Shown: positions 13,081 through 25,256 of the stretch, piece after piece
Numbering within the stretch: position 1 is the first letter of the stretch
Layout of the letters: every line of letters begins with the position of its first letter
Assembly: GCF_004010195.1 (NCBI RefSeq)
Contig: NC_057710.1
Span: forward strand, 153,125,321 to 153,189,320
Source: Chiloscyllium plagiosum
Taxonomy: Eukaryota
Direction of reading: 5' to 3'
Length of the DNA stretch: 64,000 nucleotides
The notes under the pieces: generated by a model
The model's database searches: none
Told to the model about the DNA's origin: nothing
The model's input: the letters and a program-made list of their open reading frames with translations, nothing else
Position numbers and translations under genes: made by a program

Positions 13081-13439
13081 AGTTAATACAACTTGTTTTA
13101 ACTTTGGCATTCTATTTAAATCTCATATTTTAGGTCTCCTTTTGTGTAAGATATTGAAATGCAGCTTTAAGAAAAGAAATTAAGTTATGGTCAGGATAAT
13201 GTTTGCCCTGGAGTATTCCACAGCTCATTTTGGTATGAGTAGATGGTAGTTACAGGGAATAAAAAGCTGTTTGACTCAATGAAGGTGGCCTGGGTACTAA
13301 ACTATTTTATGGAAGCTAGTTACTTTTCTCTTGGGTCAACTATGATAAATATTTGATTTGAAGTTGCCAGTTTTGTTGAACAGTTTCACAAATCTGGGTT
13401 AAATGTTGCAAAGTTACCTTAAAAAGTTGTTTTTTTAAA

Positions 13440-14530
13440 TAACGTATTCATGGGATGTGAATATTGCTGGCTATGCCAGCATTTGTTGCCTATTCCAAAA
13501 AGCCCCGGAAAAGATGGTAGTGAGTTGCTTTCTTAATCTGTAGGGACACTTGCAATGTTATTGGGAAGTTCCAGGATTTTGACTTAGAAACAGTGAAAGG
13601 ACTACAATATACTTCCTTGTCAAGAAAGTTAATGGAATATAATGTGGGAAAACGTGAGGTCCTGTACTTCGGTAAGAAAAAAAAGAGAGGAACTGATTAT
13701 TATTTAGATGGAGAGGGAATGTAGAAAGCTACAGTGTAAAGGGAGTGCAGATAACTCTCAGAAAGGTAAATCTGGGTTCAGCAGTAACTGGGAATGCAAA
13801 ATGAAATGTTGGTCTTTATTTCAAAGGGAATGGAGTATAAAAATAGGTATGTCTGGCTAGAAATATGCAAGGCACTAGTCAGACCACAACTGGAATATCA
13901 TGAACTGTTTTGGTTTCCTTTGGAGCTTCAGAGAGTTATTGCTTGCATCCACCATGCAAGAGTGATGAAGGGAGTGAAAATTGAAGATGGTGGATGGGTT
14001 GCACATCAATTAGTTGCTTTGTTGTCTAGAGTTTCAAGCTTTCCAATTGTTTTGGAGCTTCACTCATCCAGGCAAGTGGAGAGCATTCCATTACACTCAT
14101 GACTTGAAACTTGTAGATGGATGCAGGCATTAGAGAAGAGAGGCAAGGTCCTCTTCGCAAAATTCCTAGTTGCTAACCTGATCACGTAGCCACGGTATCT
14201 ATATAGCTAAGCCAGCTCAGTTTCTCATCAATGGTAGCCCTAGGACATTGGTCATGGGGGATTCAGAGATGGGTAATGCCACTGAAAGCCATTGGACAAT
14301 GGGTAGATTCTCTCGTTAGAAATGGACACTGTCTAGCACCTGTATGGTGTGTATACTGCTTGCCACATGAGTCCAAGTCTAGTGGTGTCTCAGCCTGGCT
14401 GCATATGGACATCTTTCAGCATTGGTGGTATCGCAAATTGTGATGAACATTATGACATTATCAGTGAACATTCCCAATTTTGCTCTTATGCTGTAAGGAA
14501 GCTCATTGATAAAGCAGCTGAAAATGGTTG
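13440..14530 (-). mobile_element. CR1-clade LINE fragment (second family) carrying an opposite-strand CR1 piece at ~13625-13920
   Basis: TTCATGGGATGTG...GCCAGCATTTGTTGCC end shared with 42710; internal plus-strand MEYKNR...ALVRPQLEY. Confidence 0.7.
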
Positions 14531-15226
14531 AGTTTAAAATAGGAGCAATTTCCTAGATCTTTGCACCTGCCAAGTGATAGTAATTGTGAAAGGGTATGCT
14601 GGGAGCACTTGCCGATTGAGTCAAAGAGCAAGGATTTGTGGGGACTAACACTTACATAGGACAATGCCAATCCATAGATATTTATGCTGGATTGGGGTTA
14701 CCGTAAAGACCCAGGAGTGATTAAATTTTCACAGGTTTAGGGAAACCTGAGAGAGAAAAACACAGGCTGTTGTGAAAATGTGCAATTTCCATAGTTAAGG
14801 TGGATTAGAAGCTTCTGCAGTAAAGGTAGACTGGAACACAAACTGAAATCTTAAAGCTACAAAGAAAGCTGTGTATATATATTCAAGTTAATTTCATGAG
14901 TCAAGTCAACAGGTTCAAGAAGCGAAGAAAACCCCAGAAGTCCATGGAACCATGAAAAAGATACACAAATATACATTAAATTCATGTAACATGCCACATC
15001 TTGACTCATAGAATGTTAAGTATTATTGTCAAATGAACCTTGTTACTTTGCCTACTAAATTATTGAATGTCATTTCTGCCAGTATGATATTCCTCATATG
15101 GAACTTCCTTACTCTGAGTCTAAATCCCTAGATGTTTGTTTAAATGAGAATGATTACTTATTTTTCCTGAATGTAAAAAGGCCAGCAAGAAAGAAGAAAA
15201 TTGAAAGACAGACAGGAAGAAAATGA

Positions 15227-15308
15227 GGTAAAAACAATGACTGTAGATGCTGGAAACCAGATTCTGGATCAGTGGTGCTGGAAGAGCACAGCAATTCAGG
15301 CAGCATCC
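15227..15308 (-). mobile_element. Severely 5'-truncated PLE end (82 bp)
   Basis: Reverse complement of the 145-225 end; flanked by 11 bp direct repeat GAAGAAAATGA (15216-15226, 15309-15319). Confidence 0.85.
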
Positions 15309-16029
15309 GAAGAAAATGAACAGACAGAAAATTTTAGAATCAGAAACAGCTTAAAATGTAAAATTTTTACATTTGTTTATATCATGGGGGACCAACTGGT
15401 ATACATTAGATTACCTGTGTCAATTTCCATGGTGAGTTTGATTTTTTTTTTAATAACAATTGAAGCAACACACACAACGCACAATATATTATTGGTCAAA
15501 ATTTAATTATTGCTTTTTGAGCTAAATAAATTTAAAGATTGGAATTTGTTCAGCAGTTTTGATGATGATAATGATGATGATGTGCAAGGATGGAATAAGT
15601 TAGACAATGTGCTACTTTGAAAGTTAGGAGATCAGGATCTTGATCTGATTTATGGAAAGTTGTATTAAATGCCTTTAAGTAACATCATTGCCAATCCACT
15701 ATTTTGAGCATACAAAATCATTGCCTTTGTTCCACACACTGTACCAGGCAGTTCTGTGACATTTGAATAATCAATGCTTTATAATACTTGATCTTCTATG
15801 ATATTGCTCACAGGTAGTCAGAATAAGCTTTTCTTTGGGAGTGGATTGTCTATCACGTCATCCACAGTAACGGAGGAATACATGCTATTTAGAATACAGA
15901 TTCTGGATTTGTAATGAATTTAGAGTGTCTGGGAATTTAAAGGGAGTTGAGGAATTCACAGTTTGTGACAAGTGAATCATCTGAACAAAAGAGACGAAAC
16001 AGTGTTATAACCCTATACCCCATTCCTGA

Positions 16030-16406
16030 GATCTGTGCGTTGCGTGGCCTCGTAAGCATCATGATTTTAGTAGCACCTTCATTGGCAACTATTCATCCAA
16101 CTGCCAAGGTGCCAAGATACTGAATTCGCTATTCAAATCTTTTTAACCATATTTTTGGTCTATTAGTCTAATAGATCGTTACCTGAATCAGTATCATATT
16201 CTTGACTTTGCTTGGAAAGTTTCTTTTCCTTTCATTTCCACTTCTTTAATTTCAGCTGTTTTTAATTTTAACTACTATACTCTAAGGTGGCACCAGAGAA
16301 TGGCGGCTGTACACTTTTCACTGTACTTGGGTATATGTGACATTAAAATCCAATCTAATGCACTTTGGGATGTTTTATGTTACAGGTGCTAGATAAATGC
16401 AAGTTT
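16030..16406 (+). mobile_element. L2-type 3' remnants with a nested short retroposon tail
   Basis: CACTTTGGGATGTTTT...GGTGCTAGATAAATGCAAGTT is the L2/DeuSINE-type terminus. Confidence 0.5.
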
Positions 16407-18158
16407 CTAGGGTAGGTTTTATTTATCAGTACCAACCATTAAAGGAAGTGAAAAGATAAACATGCAAGTAATATTTAAGTTAGTTTTACCCATTTACCCA
16501 GCTGCCATTAAATGTTTCTTTTCTGGCCATTCTACTTTAAAGAAGAACTTACAGAAACATGTCATAGAAACAGAGAAACTAAGAGCAGGAGTAGGTCATT
16601 CAGCCTTTTGAGCCATTCAATATGATCAAAGCTGATTCTCGATGTCAACTCTCACTTTTTCTCTCCCACCCCTCAATGCCTTTAATAGCTAAAAAAAGAC
16701 AATGTTTTACCTCCTATCATGCCCATTGATGCAACAAACAAATCAGATAGCATTGTTCATTCCTGCAACTTTATTTACATGCTGTATCTAACAATTAATT
16801 GAATAGGATTCTAGTATGGGAAAATAGATGCAACTCAGAAGTAGCAGGCTTGCTTCATGCAAGATGATAATTTGCTCATGATAGTCGTTGTGGCATTAAG
16901 ACACATGATGTGATTTAGGACCCCCTGATGCATTTGCTACCAAGGAAGGCAATGAGCTGAGAAGTTGCATGATTTATTGTCCTTTGTTTTCTCTGAGACC
17001 TCTTCACAGCAAGGGGAACTTTTCATTTCTCCTCAACCCCTTCTAATGCCTTTCTAAATAGTCAGCCTCCAGAATTCACAACAATCAATCATTGTTACTC
17101 AATTGCCAGTGCCAATATTTGCCATTCTCATATCTTACTCCTAGGTATGCATGTAGCAATCACAAGGATGACTGGCAGCTTACGACCTATTAGCCTATTC
17201 ACCATATCGAAGATCTCTGTATATACACCCATCATTCATGTAAAGAATAGGCTGTGAAAGTCAGAAATAAAGTAGGTACTTGTAGTTCAGATCAAGCATC
17301 ATGGCCATAGCAAATAAGCAGAACTAGGCACAGCCACTGCCAGGGAAATCGAGAGTCCCAGAAATTATTTGAAGTTAGCTTACAACAACTCTGAGAAAGT
17401 TCTAAAACCAGAATTAAAGCACTACGAGGCAAGCTAAAAGCCTAAGCAGACCAAGTCTAATGGGAAAGTAAAGTTAGGAGTAAAAGCAGGAAGCATTCAT
17501 TCAAATTGTAGAGTGGAAGAAATCCAGGGAAAAAAAAAAGAGCATGAAGCAATGGGATTATTAGTAGTGCCGTATAGTGTGGAAAATCTGTTAAAGGAAT
17601 GGGATTAGTTTTAAAGAGTCACAAAAAGGAGAATTTGTTCATTTAGTGAGGTCATTAAAGAAATGGGTATCATTATTAAAGCTATTACAAGAATGGGAAT
17701 CATTTATAACGGCCACAATTAGCAGGGCTCATCCAGAGAACTGTGAAAAAGGCAGAAATAACCCACTTAACTCTCAGAAGGCAAGAATTCATTTCAGAAA
17801 GTGTACCAAAGTAGGATGCAGTCAGAGAGCATCAGCATGAAAATAGATACTTGCAAAAAAGTTAATGGGGTAGAACAACCTACCATAGAAGAAAAACCAA
17901 AAGATATTCCCAGAGAAAATAAGCAATCCAGAGCTAGACTTTTGGTAAAAGAGTGGTTATGTCAATTTTAAGTTCGATGTAGGGCTCGTCACCATACTAT
18001 AAGATAATATTACAGCCTACAGTAGTGCAACAACATGGTTCAGGAAATAGAACTTAATATTAAAAGAATGCTACATACAACTCTGCAATAAAAGGGTATC
18101 CAATAGTAGAGATCCAGTACACAGTTCATAAAGAAGGCTTCTTCTTTTGAGTAAAAAT

Positions 18159-18486
18159 GGGGCGGCACAGAGGCTCAGTGGTCAGTACTGCTGCCTCAAA
18201 GCACCATGGACCCGGGTTCGATTCGCGCCTTGGCAGACTATGTGAAGTTTGCGTGTCTGCGTGTGCTTCCCCGGGGTGCTCTGGTTTCCTCTCACAATCC
18301 AAAGATTGCAGATCAGGTGAATTAGCCATGCTAAATTGCCCATAGTGTTGGGTGCATTAGTCTGGGGTAAATATAGGTTAGTGGAATGGGTGTGGGTGAG
18401 TTAGTCTTCAGAGAGTTGGTGTGGACTTGTTGGGTCGAAGGGCCTGTTTCCATACTGTAGGGAATCTAATCTCAAATCTAATCTAA
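18159..18486 (+). mobile_element. HE1 (V-SINE) retroposon
   Basis: tRNA-like A/B boxes (GGCTCAGTGG, GGTTCGATTC), V-domain, (TAATC)n tail. Confidence 0.92.
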
Positions 18487-18899
18487 ACCATCAGTGTCTT
18501 GCCCTCAAACATCTTTAACAAGTCAAAGTAGTTAAACAGCAAAAGAAGTTGGAAACATTGGAAATGTTAAGAGTGTAGTTGATGTAACTACATGTATAAA
18601 TATATTATGTTAATAATGGGAACAAAGCCTGGGGAGAGATGCTGTATTAAGATGTGGAGATCTGAAAAGGATCATGCTGAACAGTTGTCACATGGACTCA
18701 AGTGAGGGAACAACTTTGGACCTTAAAAGAGAGAGACACACCTAACATCATGGTCTCTGTCATAATCACAGTTTTGATGTCTATCATACTAACGTAACTT
18801 GCACCTAGTCACTGCTGTAAAATAAACTACATTTTGTTTAAAACAAGAGCCTCTTCCCATTAGACTACTACACACGACTTCAAGCAGATCCTGTAGATC

Positions 18900-19600
18900 C
18901 CTACCAGGAAAGGGAATGATGGCAGATCTATATGGATTTTAAACTGTAATGAGCTGTAGCAAGGATTCACATTACAACAAAAACAACTTGGTTGACTTGC
19001 CTTCATTAAATAGAAACCCTGCGTAAATGATCTGAGAGCATATGACAACAGCTCAGAGAAGTAAATAACAGTGTCAGTGCCAGAATACATCTCAGTTTTA
19101 CCCCATGTCAAGAGTTCTGATATTGCCCATCATAGCTGATCTTACCCATCATATTGTTATGAGAAGTCACATTACCATGCATTCAAATACTCCAGCAGCT
19201 TAAATACGCCACATTTGCTCTTGTATTCATATGTCCTGGTGATCTTGAAGAAGGAAATATATATTGGCCTCCTATGTTCACCACATTTCTCTTGCAGTTT
19301 TCAGATAGAAGATAATTTCAATAATTGATCTTCTAGTTTTGACATTACACTGGGATTCAGGATAGAAGTATTCAGCAAAATCGATGGTCTCACAAAAGCA
19401 ACAATGATAAAACCTTTCTTCATGCTGCTGAGCAAGCAGATGGCTCAATAGTTTTTGTAATTGTTCTGGTTTCCTGTATACTTGTAAGGTCACAATCTTT
19501 GCATCACATATATCCTGGACCAATGCTGTCTCCTTTTGGCAGAGATAAGAGAATTTTTTGCACACATTGTGCGGAATGCCAGTTTCCCGTGCTTGATGAG
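18900..19600 (+). mobile_element. Possible very old pogo/Tigger transposase relic
   Basis: Frameshifted motifs resembling IFNCDE (ILNCNE), LLL..CPGH (ICPGD) and FLPPNTTSLLQPMD (YWPPMFTTFLLQFSD) in the expected order. Confidence 0.3.
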
Positions 19601-19664
19601 CTCACATGGTCTAGCATCAGCACTTAAGTGTGTAGGTTTGCTCGCTGAGCTGTAGGTTTGATAT

Positions 19665-19704
19665 CCAGACATTTCATTACCTGGCTAGGTATCATCATCA
19701 GTGA
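19665..19704 (-). ncRNA. Minimal hammerhead motif, sense to the LRBA pre-mRNA
   Basis: UCA-CUGAUGA-U-GAUACC(UAGCCA)GGUAAU-GAAA-UGUC-UGG; one stem II mismatch. Confidence 0.6.
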
Positions 19705-20578
19705 CGACCTCCAAGTGAAGCAAAACTGTTGTCTCCTGCTTTCTATTTATATCTTTCTCCTGGATGGGGTTCCTGGGGTTTGTGGTGATGTCATTTCCTG
19801 TTCGTTTTCTGAGGGGTTGATAAATGGCATCTAGATCTATGTGCTTGTTTATGGCGTTGTGGTTGGAATTCTAGGCCTCTAGGAATTCTCTGGCATGTCT
19901 TTGCTTAGCCTGTCCCAGGATAGATGTATTATCCCAATCAAAATGGTGTTTTTTTTCATCCATGTGTAGGGCTATGAGGGAGAGGGAGTCGTGTCTTTTT
20001 ATGGCTAGCTGGTGTTCATGTATCCTGGTGGCTTACTTTCTTCCTGTTTGTCCTACGTAGTGTTTGTGGCAATCCTTGCATGGAATTTTATAGGCGACGT
20101 TGGTTTTGTCCATGGGTTGTACTGGGTCTTTTAAGTTTGTTAGTTTTTGTTTGAGAGTGTTGGTGGGTTTGTGTGTACATGGACAAAACCAACGTCATCT
20201 ATAAAATTCCATGCAAGAACTACCACAAACACTACATAGAACAAACAGGAAGAAAGTTAGCCACCAGGACACATGAACACTAGCTAGCCACAAAAAGATA
20301 CGACCCTCTCTCCCTCATAGCCCTACACGGATGAAATAAAAAACCACCATTTCGACTGGGACAACACATCTATCCTAAGCAAAGACATGCCAGAGAATTC
20401 CTAGAGGCCTGACACTCCAACCACAACGCCATAAACAAACACATAGATCTAGATGCCATCTATCAACCCCTCAGAAAACGAACAGGAAATGACATCATCA
20501 CAAACCCCAGGAACCCCATCCAGGAGAAAGATATAAATAGAAAGCAGGAGACAACAGCTTCGCTTCACTTGGAGGTCA

Positions 20579-20618
20579 TCACTGATGATGATACCTAGCC
20601 AGGTAATGAAATGTCTGG
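20579..20618 (+). ncRNA. Minimal hammerhead motif (right-arm copy)
   Basis: Identical to the 19665-19704 motif. Confidence 0.6.
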
Positions 20619-20975
20619 ATATCAAACCTACAGCTCAGCGAGCAAACCTACACCCTAAACCTCAACCTGAGCTACAAACCTTCACAAACCTTGCGATCAG
20701 CACTTAGAGCTTGGCCCATTGCAAGTCAATAGATTTGCAAAGCTCTTCCACTGCAGGTTAAATTGCTAGCCATAACAAGCAGGATTTCCTCAGTGTGCAA
20801 AGCATCCTCCTTGACAGTGCTGTCCCTCAAGTACAGCTTTAAGTAGTGTTCTACATATACATTCAACTGTTTGTTGCATTCAGTGATTATCTCCTATCTT
20901 TCAATGCAGCCACTTGGTGATGTACCTTATCTCATTTACTCACTCAAATCTTTCTCTTAAAGCCGTTAACCATTG

Positions 20976-22645
20976 TTGAGAGCGTGGTGCTGGAAAAGCA
21001 CAGCAGGTCAGGCAGCAGCTCAGGAGCAGTAGAATCAACATTTTGGGCACAAGCCCTTCACCAGGAATGAGGTTTGTAGGCCAGACGACTGAGTGATAAG
21101 TGGGAAGGGGAAGGTAGCTGAGAATGCGATAGGGAGATGAAGATGGGGGAGAAGGTAATAGGTCAGAGAGGAGGGTGGAGCAGATAGATGGGAAAGGTGA
21201 TGGACAGGTCAAGAGGGAGGTGCCGAGTTGGAGGCTTGGGACTGGGATACCGTGCGGGGAGGGGAAATGAGGAAACTGGTGAAATCCACATTAATCCTGT
21301 GTGGTTGCAGGGTCCCAAGGCAGAATATGAGGCATTCTTCTTCCTCCAGGCTTCAGGTGGGTAGGGTTTGGCGATGGAAGCGGCCCAGGATCTGCATGCC
21401 GTTGGCGGAGTTGAAGTGTTCAGCCACAGGGCAGTGGGGTTGGTTGGTGCGGGTGTCCCAGAGATGTTCTCTGAAACGATCCGCAAGTGGGCATCCTGTC
21501 TCCCCGATGTAAAGGAGACCACATCGGGTGCAACGGATACAGTGGATGACATTGGTGGAGGTGCAGATACATTTCTGCCGGATGTGGAAGGATCCTTTGG
21601 GGTCTTGGATGGAGGTGAGGGGGGAGGTGTCAACGCAGGTTTTGAACTTCCTGTGGTGGCAGGGGAAAGTGCCGGGAGTGAGGTGTGGACGAGTAGGGGC
21701 TTGGATCCGACTAGGGAGTCGCAGAGGGAATGGTCTCTCCAGAATGCTGATAGGGGTGGGGAAACCTACAAATGAAATCCATCATCAGAGATATATTTCT
21801 CTCTCCATCCCTATCAGTGTTCCGGAGAGACTGTTACCTCTGCGACACCCTCGTCAGAACCCACCCCCCCGCCAATAGCCCACTCCCAGCACCATCCCTT
21901 GCCATCACAGGAAGTTCAAAACCTGCATTGACACCTCCCCCTCACCTCCATCCAAGGCCCCAAAGGATCCTTCCACATCTGACAGAAATTTATCTGCACC
22001 TCCAATAATATCAGCTACTATATCCGTTGCACTCGATGTGGTTTCCTTTGCATCGGGGAGACAGGGCACCAACTTGCGGATCATTTCAGAAAATATCTCT
22101 GGGACACCCGAACCAAGCAACCCCATCGCCCCATGGCTGATCACTTCAACTCCCCCTCCCACTCCACCAAGGACGTGTAGATCCTGGGCCTCTTCCATCA
22201 CCAAACCCTTACCACTTGACACGTGGAGGAAGAAGAACGTTCCATATTCTGCCTTGGGACCCTGCAACTACATGGATCAATGTGGATTTCACCAGTTTCC
22301 TCTTTTCCCCTCTCCCCACATTATCCCAGTCCCAAGCTTCCAACTCGGCATCGCCATCTTCACTTGTCCATCACCTTTCCCATCTATCCACTACACGCTC
22401 CTCTCCTACTTGTCACCTTCTCCCCCACCTTCATCTACCTAACACGTTCTCAGCTACCTTTCTCCCAGCTCCAGCCTCCCATTTACCTCTCAGCACCCCC
22501 CAACCCACAAGCCTCATTCCTGATGAAGGGCTTATGCCCGGAATGTTGATTCTCCTGCTCCTGAGCTGCTGCCTGACTTGCTGTGCTTTTTCAGCACCAC
22601 ACTCTCAACTCTGATCTGCAGCACCTGCATTCCTCAGTTTCTTCT
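20976..22645. mobile_element. Penelope-like element (Neptune-like), long foldback with GIY-YIG remnants
   Basis: ~800 bp inverted arms; right arm reads ICTSNNISYYIRCTRCGFLCIGETG; 11 bp TSD GTTAACCATTG (20965-20975, 22647-22657); tail on the right only; hammerhead cores mutated in both arms. Confidence 0.93.
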
Positions 22646-25131
22646 GGTTAACCATTGCTGGAGACCTGCAGGACCAATGCCAAAAACCAACTGAATTGGG
22701 CAGACCACTTGTAATTTTTGTCTTCTGTGTTGTGTTAATTTAGTGGGCCTGGAAAGTGCATGTCTGGGGACAAAACCCCCCTCTGACATTTTAACTTGGG
22801 ACTATCCTGTCTACTTCCCATATGCCTCCTTGAGAAAAGAAAGCTGAGGAATTGCCAATAAACAGACTGAATGCACTTAAAAGACATGACCTCACATTTG
22901 GCTCTCTTTTGAACATTGTTGTTACCAAGCAGTACAGGTTGAAAATGAGAAGCAAATGATCACACAAGAGCAAAAAGTACATTCATTCTTTTTATCCACA
23001 AACTTGATATAACAGTGATCTTTTCAGTCTATTCTAATCACTGTACTTACTCCATTCTCTGTGCCACAACAATAATAATTAAATTCTCATGACACTGCAA
23101 CAGGTACAAGATTTCCAGTTAAGGTTTGAATTTAAACAGATACTAGAAACAGGAAAGGCTATTAAAGATTATTTATTTTTGCTTGATATGAGCCTGTTGT
23201 CGTCTCTTAACAGGAACAAGTTACTATTATAGGTGCCTTTATGACAGAGATACATACCATGACACTTACTGGAAGCACTATCTAAATGGAATGCCAAGTC
23301 ATAGGAGGTGATATTATATAATCTGTTGCAGAATAATTATTAACTGACATTCAAAAAGAGACGTCTCACACCCTACCTAACCAAGAAGAACTGAGGAAAG
23401 TGATAGGTATCAAACAAAAGGCAATTCTGAAGCATTGAGAATTTAACAAGCATTTGAAGACAGGAAGAATGGTAACAAGTTGATGGATTCTGGAGAAAAC
23501 CATCAGGAACAAGGGGCTCGGGAGCTTATGTTGACAAATTAGTAAACATTAGTAATGCTATCCACATTTGAATGAACCATTGTGTGAAACAATAAGGAAA
23601 AATAATATATTTTGTCTATTTAAATGTATGCTCTTAATAAGAGCAGTGGATTACATTGAAAGCCTTTTTGCCAGAAGCAGCCCAGCTGCGCACTTCACCT
23701 ATTTGGTTCTGTTCTGGTCTCTAAGGATCTCTGGATTTGGTACAGTTATTGCTTTTAGATCACATTCTTATTGACTAGTGTCAGCCTGGCCATTCATCTT
23801 GAGTACAGATGTCATGACTGCAGTGCTATCTTGTGACATATTGTGAACATTTTCTTCCAGAAATACCTCTTTAAGGCAGGGTGCAAGAGGTTAAACTACT
23901 AGACAGAAACCAAAATACAACTGATTGTGCCGTTATATTTCCTTTGTAAGAAATACTTGTACAACTTGAAATTGGAAGCCACTACAATAATTAATTTCCT
24001 AAAAGTATACAGTAAACAAAAAATAATTCCAAACCAATATTTAACAAATCAAATCTGCTTTTAGAATGCTTCAAATAGTGCACCATACTATGTAATGGTC
24101 TGATAACTGAATTTCAAAACTTTTAAAATAATTGTTCATGAATAATAACTGAAGTTATTTTGCGACAGAATGCTTCAACAAAAAGAGAACAGCACGTATC
24201 TATAAGTATTCTACAAGGGCATTTTTCAGTTTTTATTCAGGTTACTTCTACAAGATAATCAATACTTGTTAATTAGTTTTCATTGCAGTTAAATATGGCC
24301 AATTGCACAATCAGGTTAAATAAATCTGCTTCTATAGGAGGAGCAATCAAGATTATTGCTCTTTAAATTATAGTTCTAGTCCAATAATCAGTAGAATATA
24401 AACTGGGATTTAGCAAAAGGCTTTTGAGGACTAAAAGATATTTTGGGACAGAGGGCAAACCAAAGATAATGTATATTCATGATTTTCAAGATCACTGCAA
24501 GAAAAGAATTAGTTAGCTTAAAAACCAGGAAGACATGCCGTACTTACATGCTTTCTCACAAAGCCTAATTGACTTCGTTTTCTATTGCAAGAATTTTTTT
24601 TTCACCAGACAATTGGCCTCACTCTGTTTCACAATAGTTAATTTCTCTATTCTGTGTGGTAAAGGTAGTAGTTTGTTATTTCAATTTCCTCATTCAAATA
24701 TTAAATTATTTTTCCCAAAAGGAAGCACTTTGTTTTTAAGTGTGTGCGACCCAGATTTCAATCTCTGTCATATTAAATTGTATCTGCAGATCTCTTTATA
24801 TAGGGGTGAGTCAACATTTAAAGGGCCCAAACTGTTTCTAACCATGTGAAAAGATGGTTAATAAAATACAACTCTGAATCAGGTGTTTTCTGTTTTACCT
24901 GCTTTGCTGTTCAATACAGAGAATGATGACACAGCAAACCAAAAGTAAATTCAAACACCTTTGTCTGGTGATGATGATGTGGAACTATTCAGCACTTGTT
25001 TACATTTCAAAATAGTTTATTTGACATACAGCATGTGTTGCAGAACAACTTAAATGTTCTTACAAATATAGGACTAATTTTATTATGTATCTACTGCCAA
25101 GAAGAAGAAGCCAATTCGCTAGGAAACTAAC

Positions 25132-25256
25132 CGTGTTCAATTGCCGCTTTAAGTGCTGCTTCAGGATGTGTTGATCCAAATAAGTTGCGAACGAATCGGC
25201 GGCGGCGCCGCAAGTCATCTTCCCAGTAGTCAAGGCGCCAGAACTCACGAGGGCGA
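25132..25256 (-). CDS. LRBA: Internal 125 nt coding exon of LPS-responsive beige-like anchor protein (segment upstream of PH-BEACH)
   Basis: ttgcag|T CGC CCT...GAA CAC G|gttagt; translates [46 protein letters not shown] and GSTHPEA..EH fit LRBA better than NBEA as recalled; locally CpG-rich. Confidence 0.93.

Larger units (their letters stand above)
19627..20695. mobile_element. Penelope-like element, inverted (foldback) structure with two GIY-YIG endonuclease remnants
   Basis: ~490 bp inverted arms; right arm MDKTNVIYKIPCKNYHKHYIEQTGRKLATRTHEH, left arm (minus) NVAYKIPCKDCHKHYVGQTGR; 11 bp TSD ATCAGCACTTA (19616-19626, 20696-20706). Confidence 0.93.

Noticed and set aside
15561-15582. (GAT)n run resembling Asp codons
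   Set aside because: Simple microsatellite, wrong strand for LRBA
21163-22614. Cluster of overlapping 100-156 aa ORFs
   Set aside because: Off-frame readings of the GC-richer Penelope palindrome
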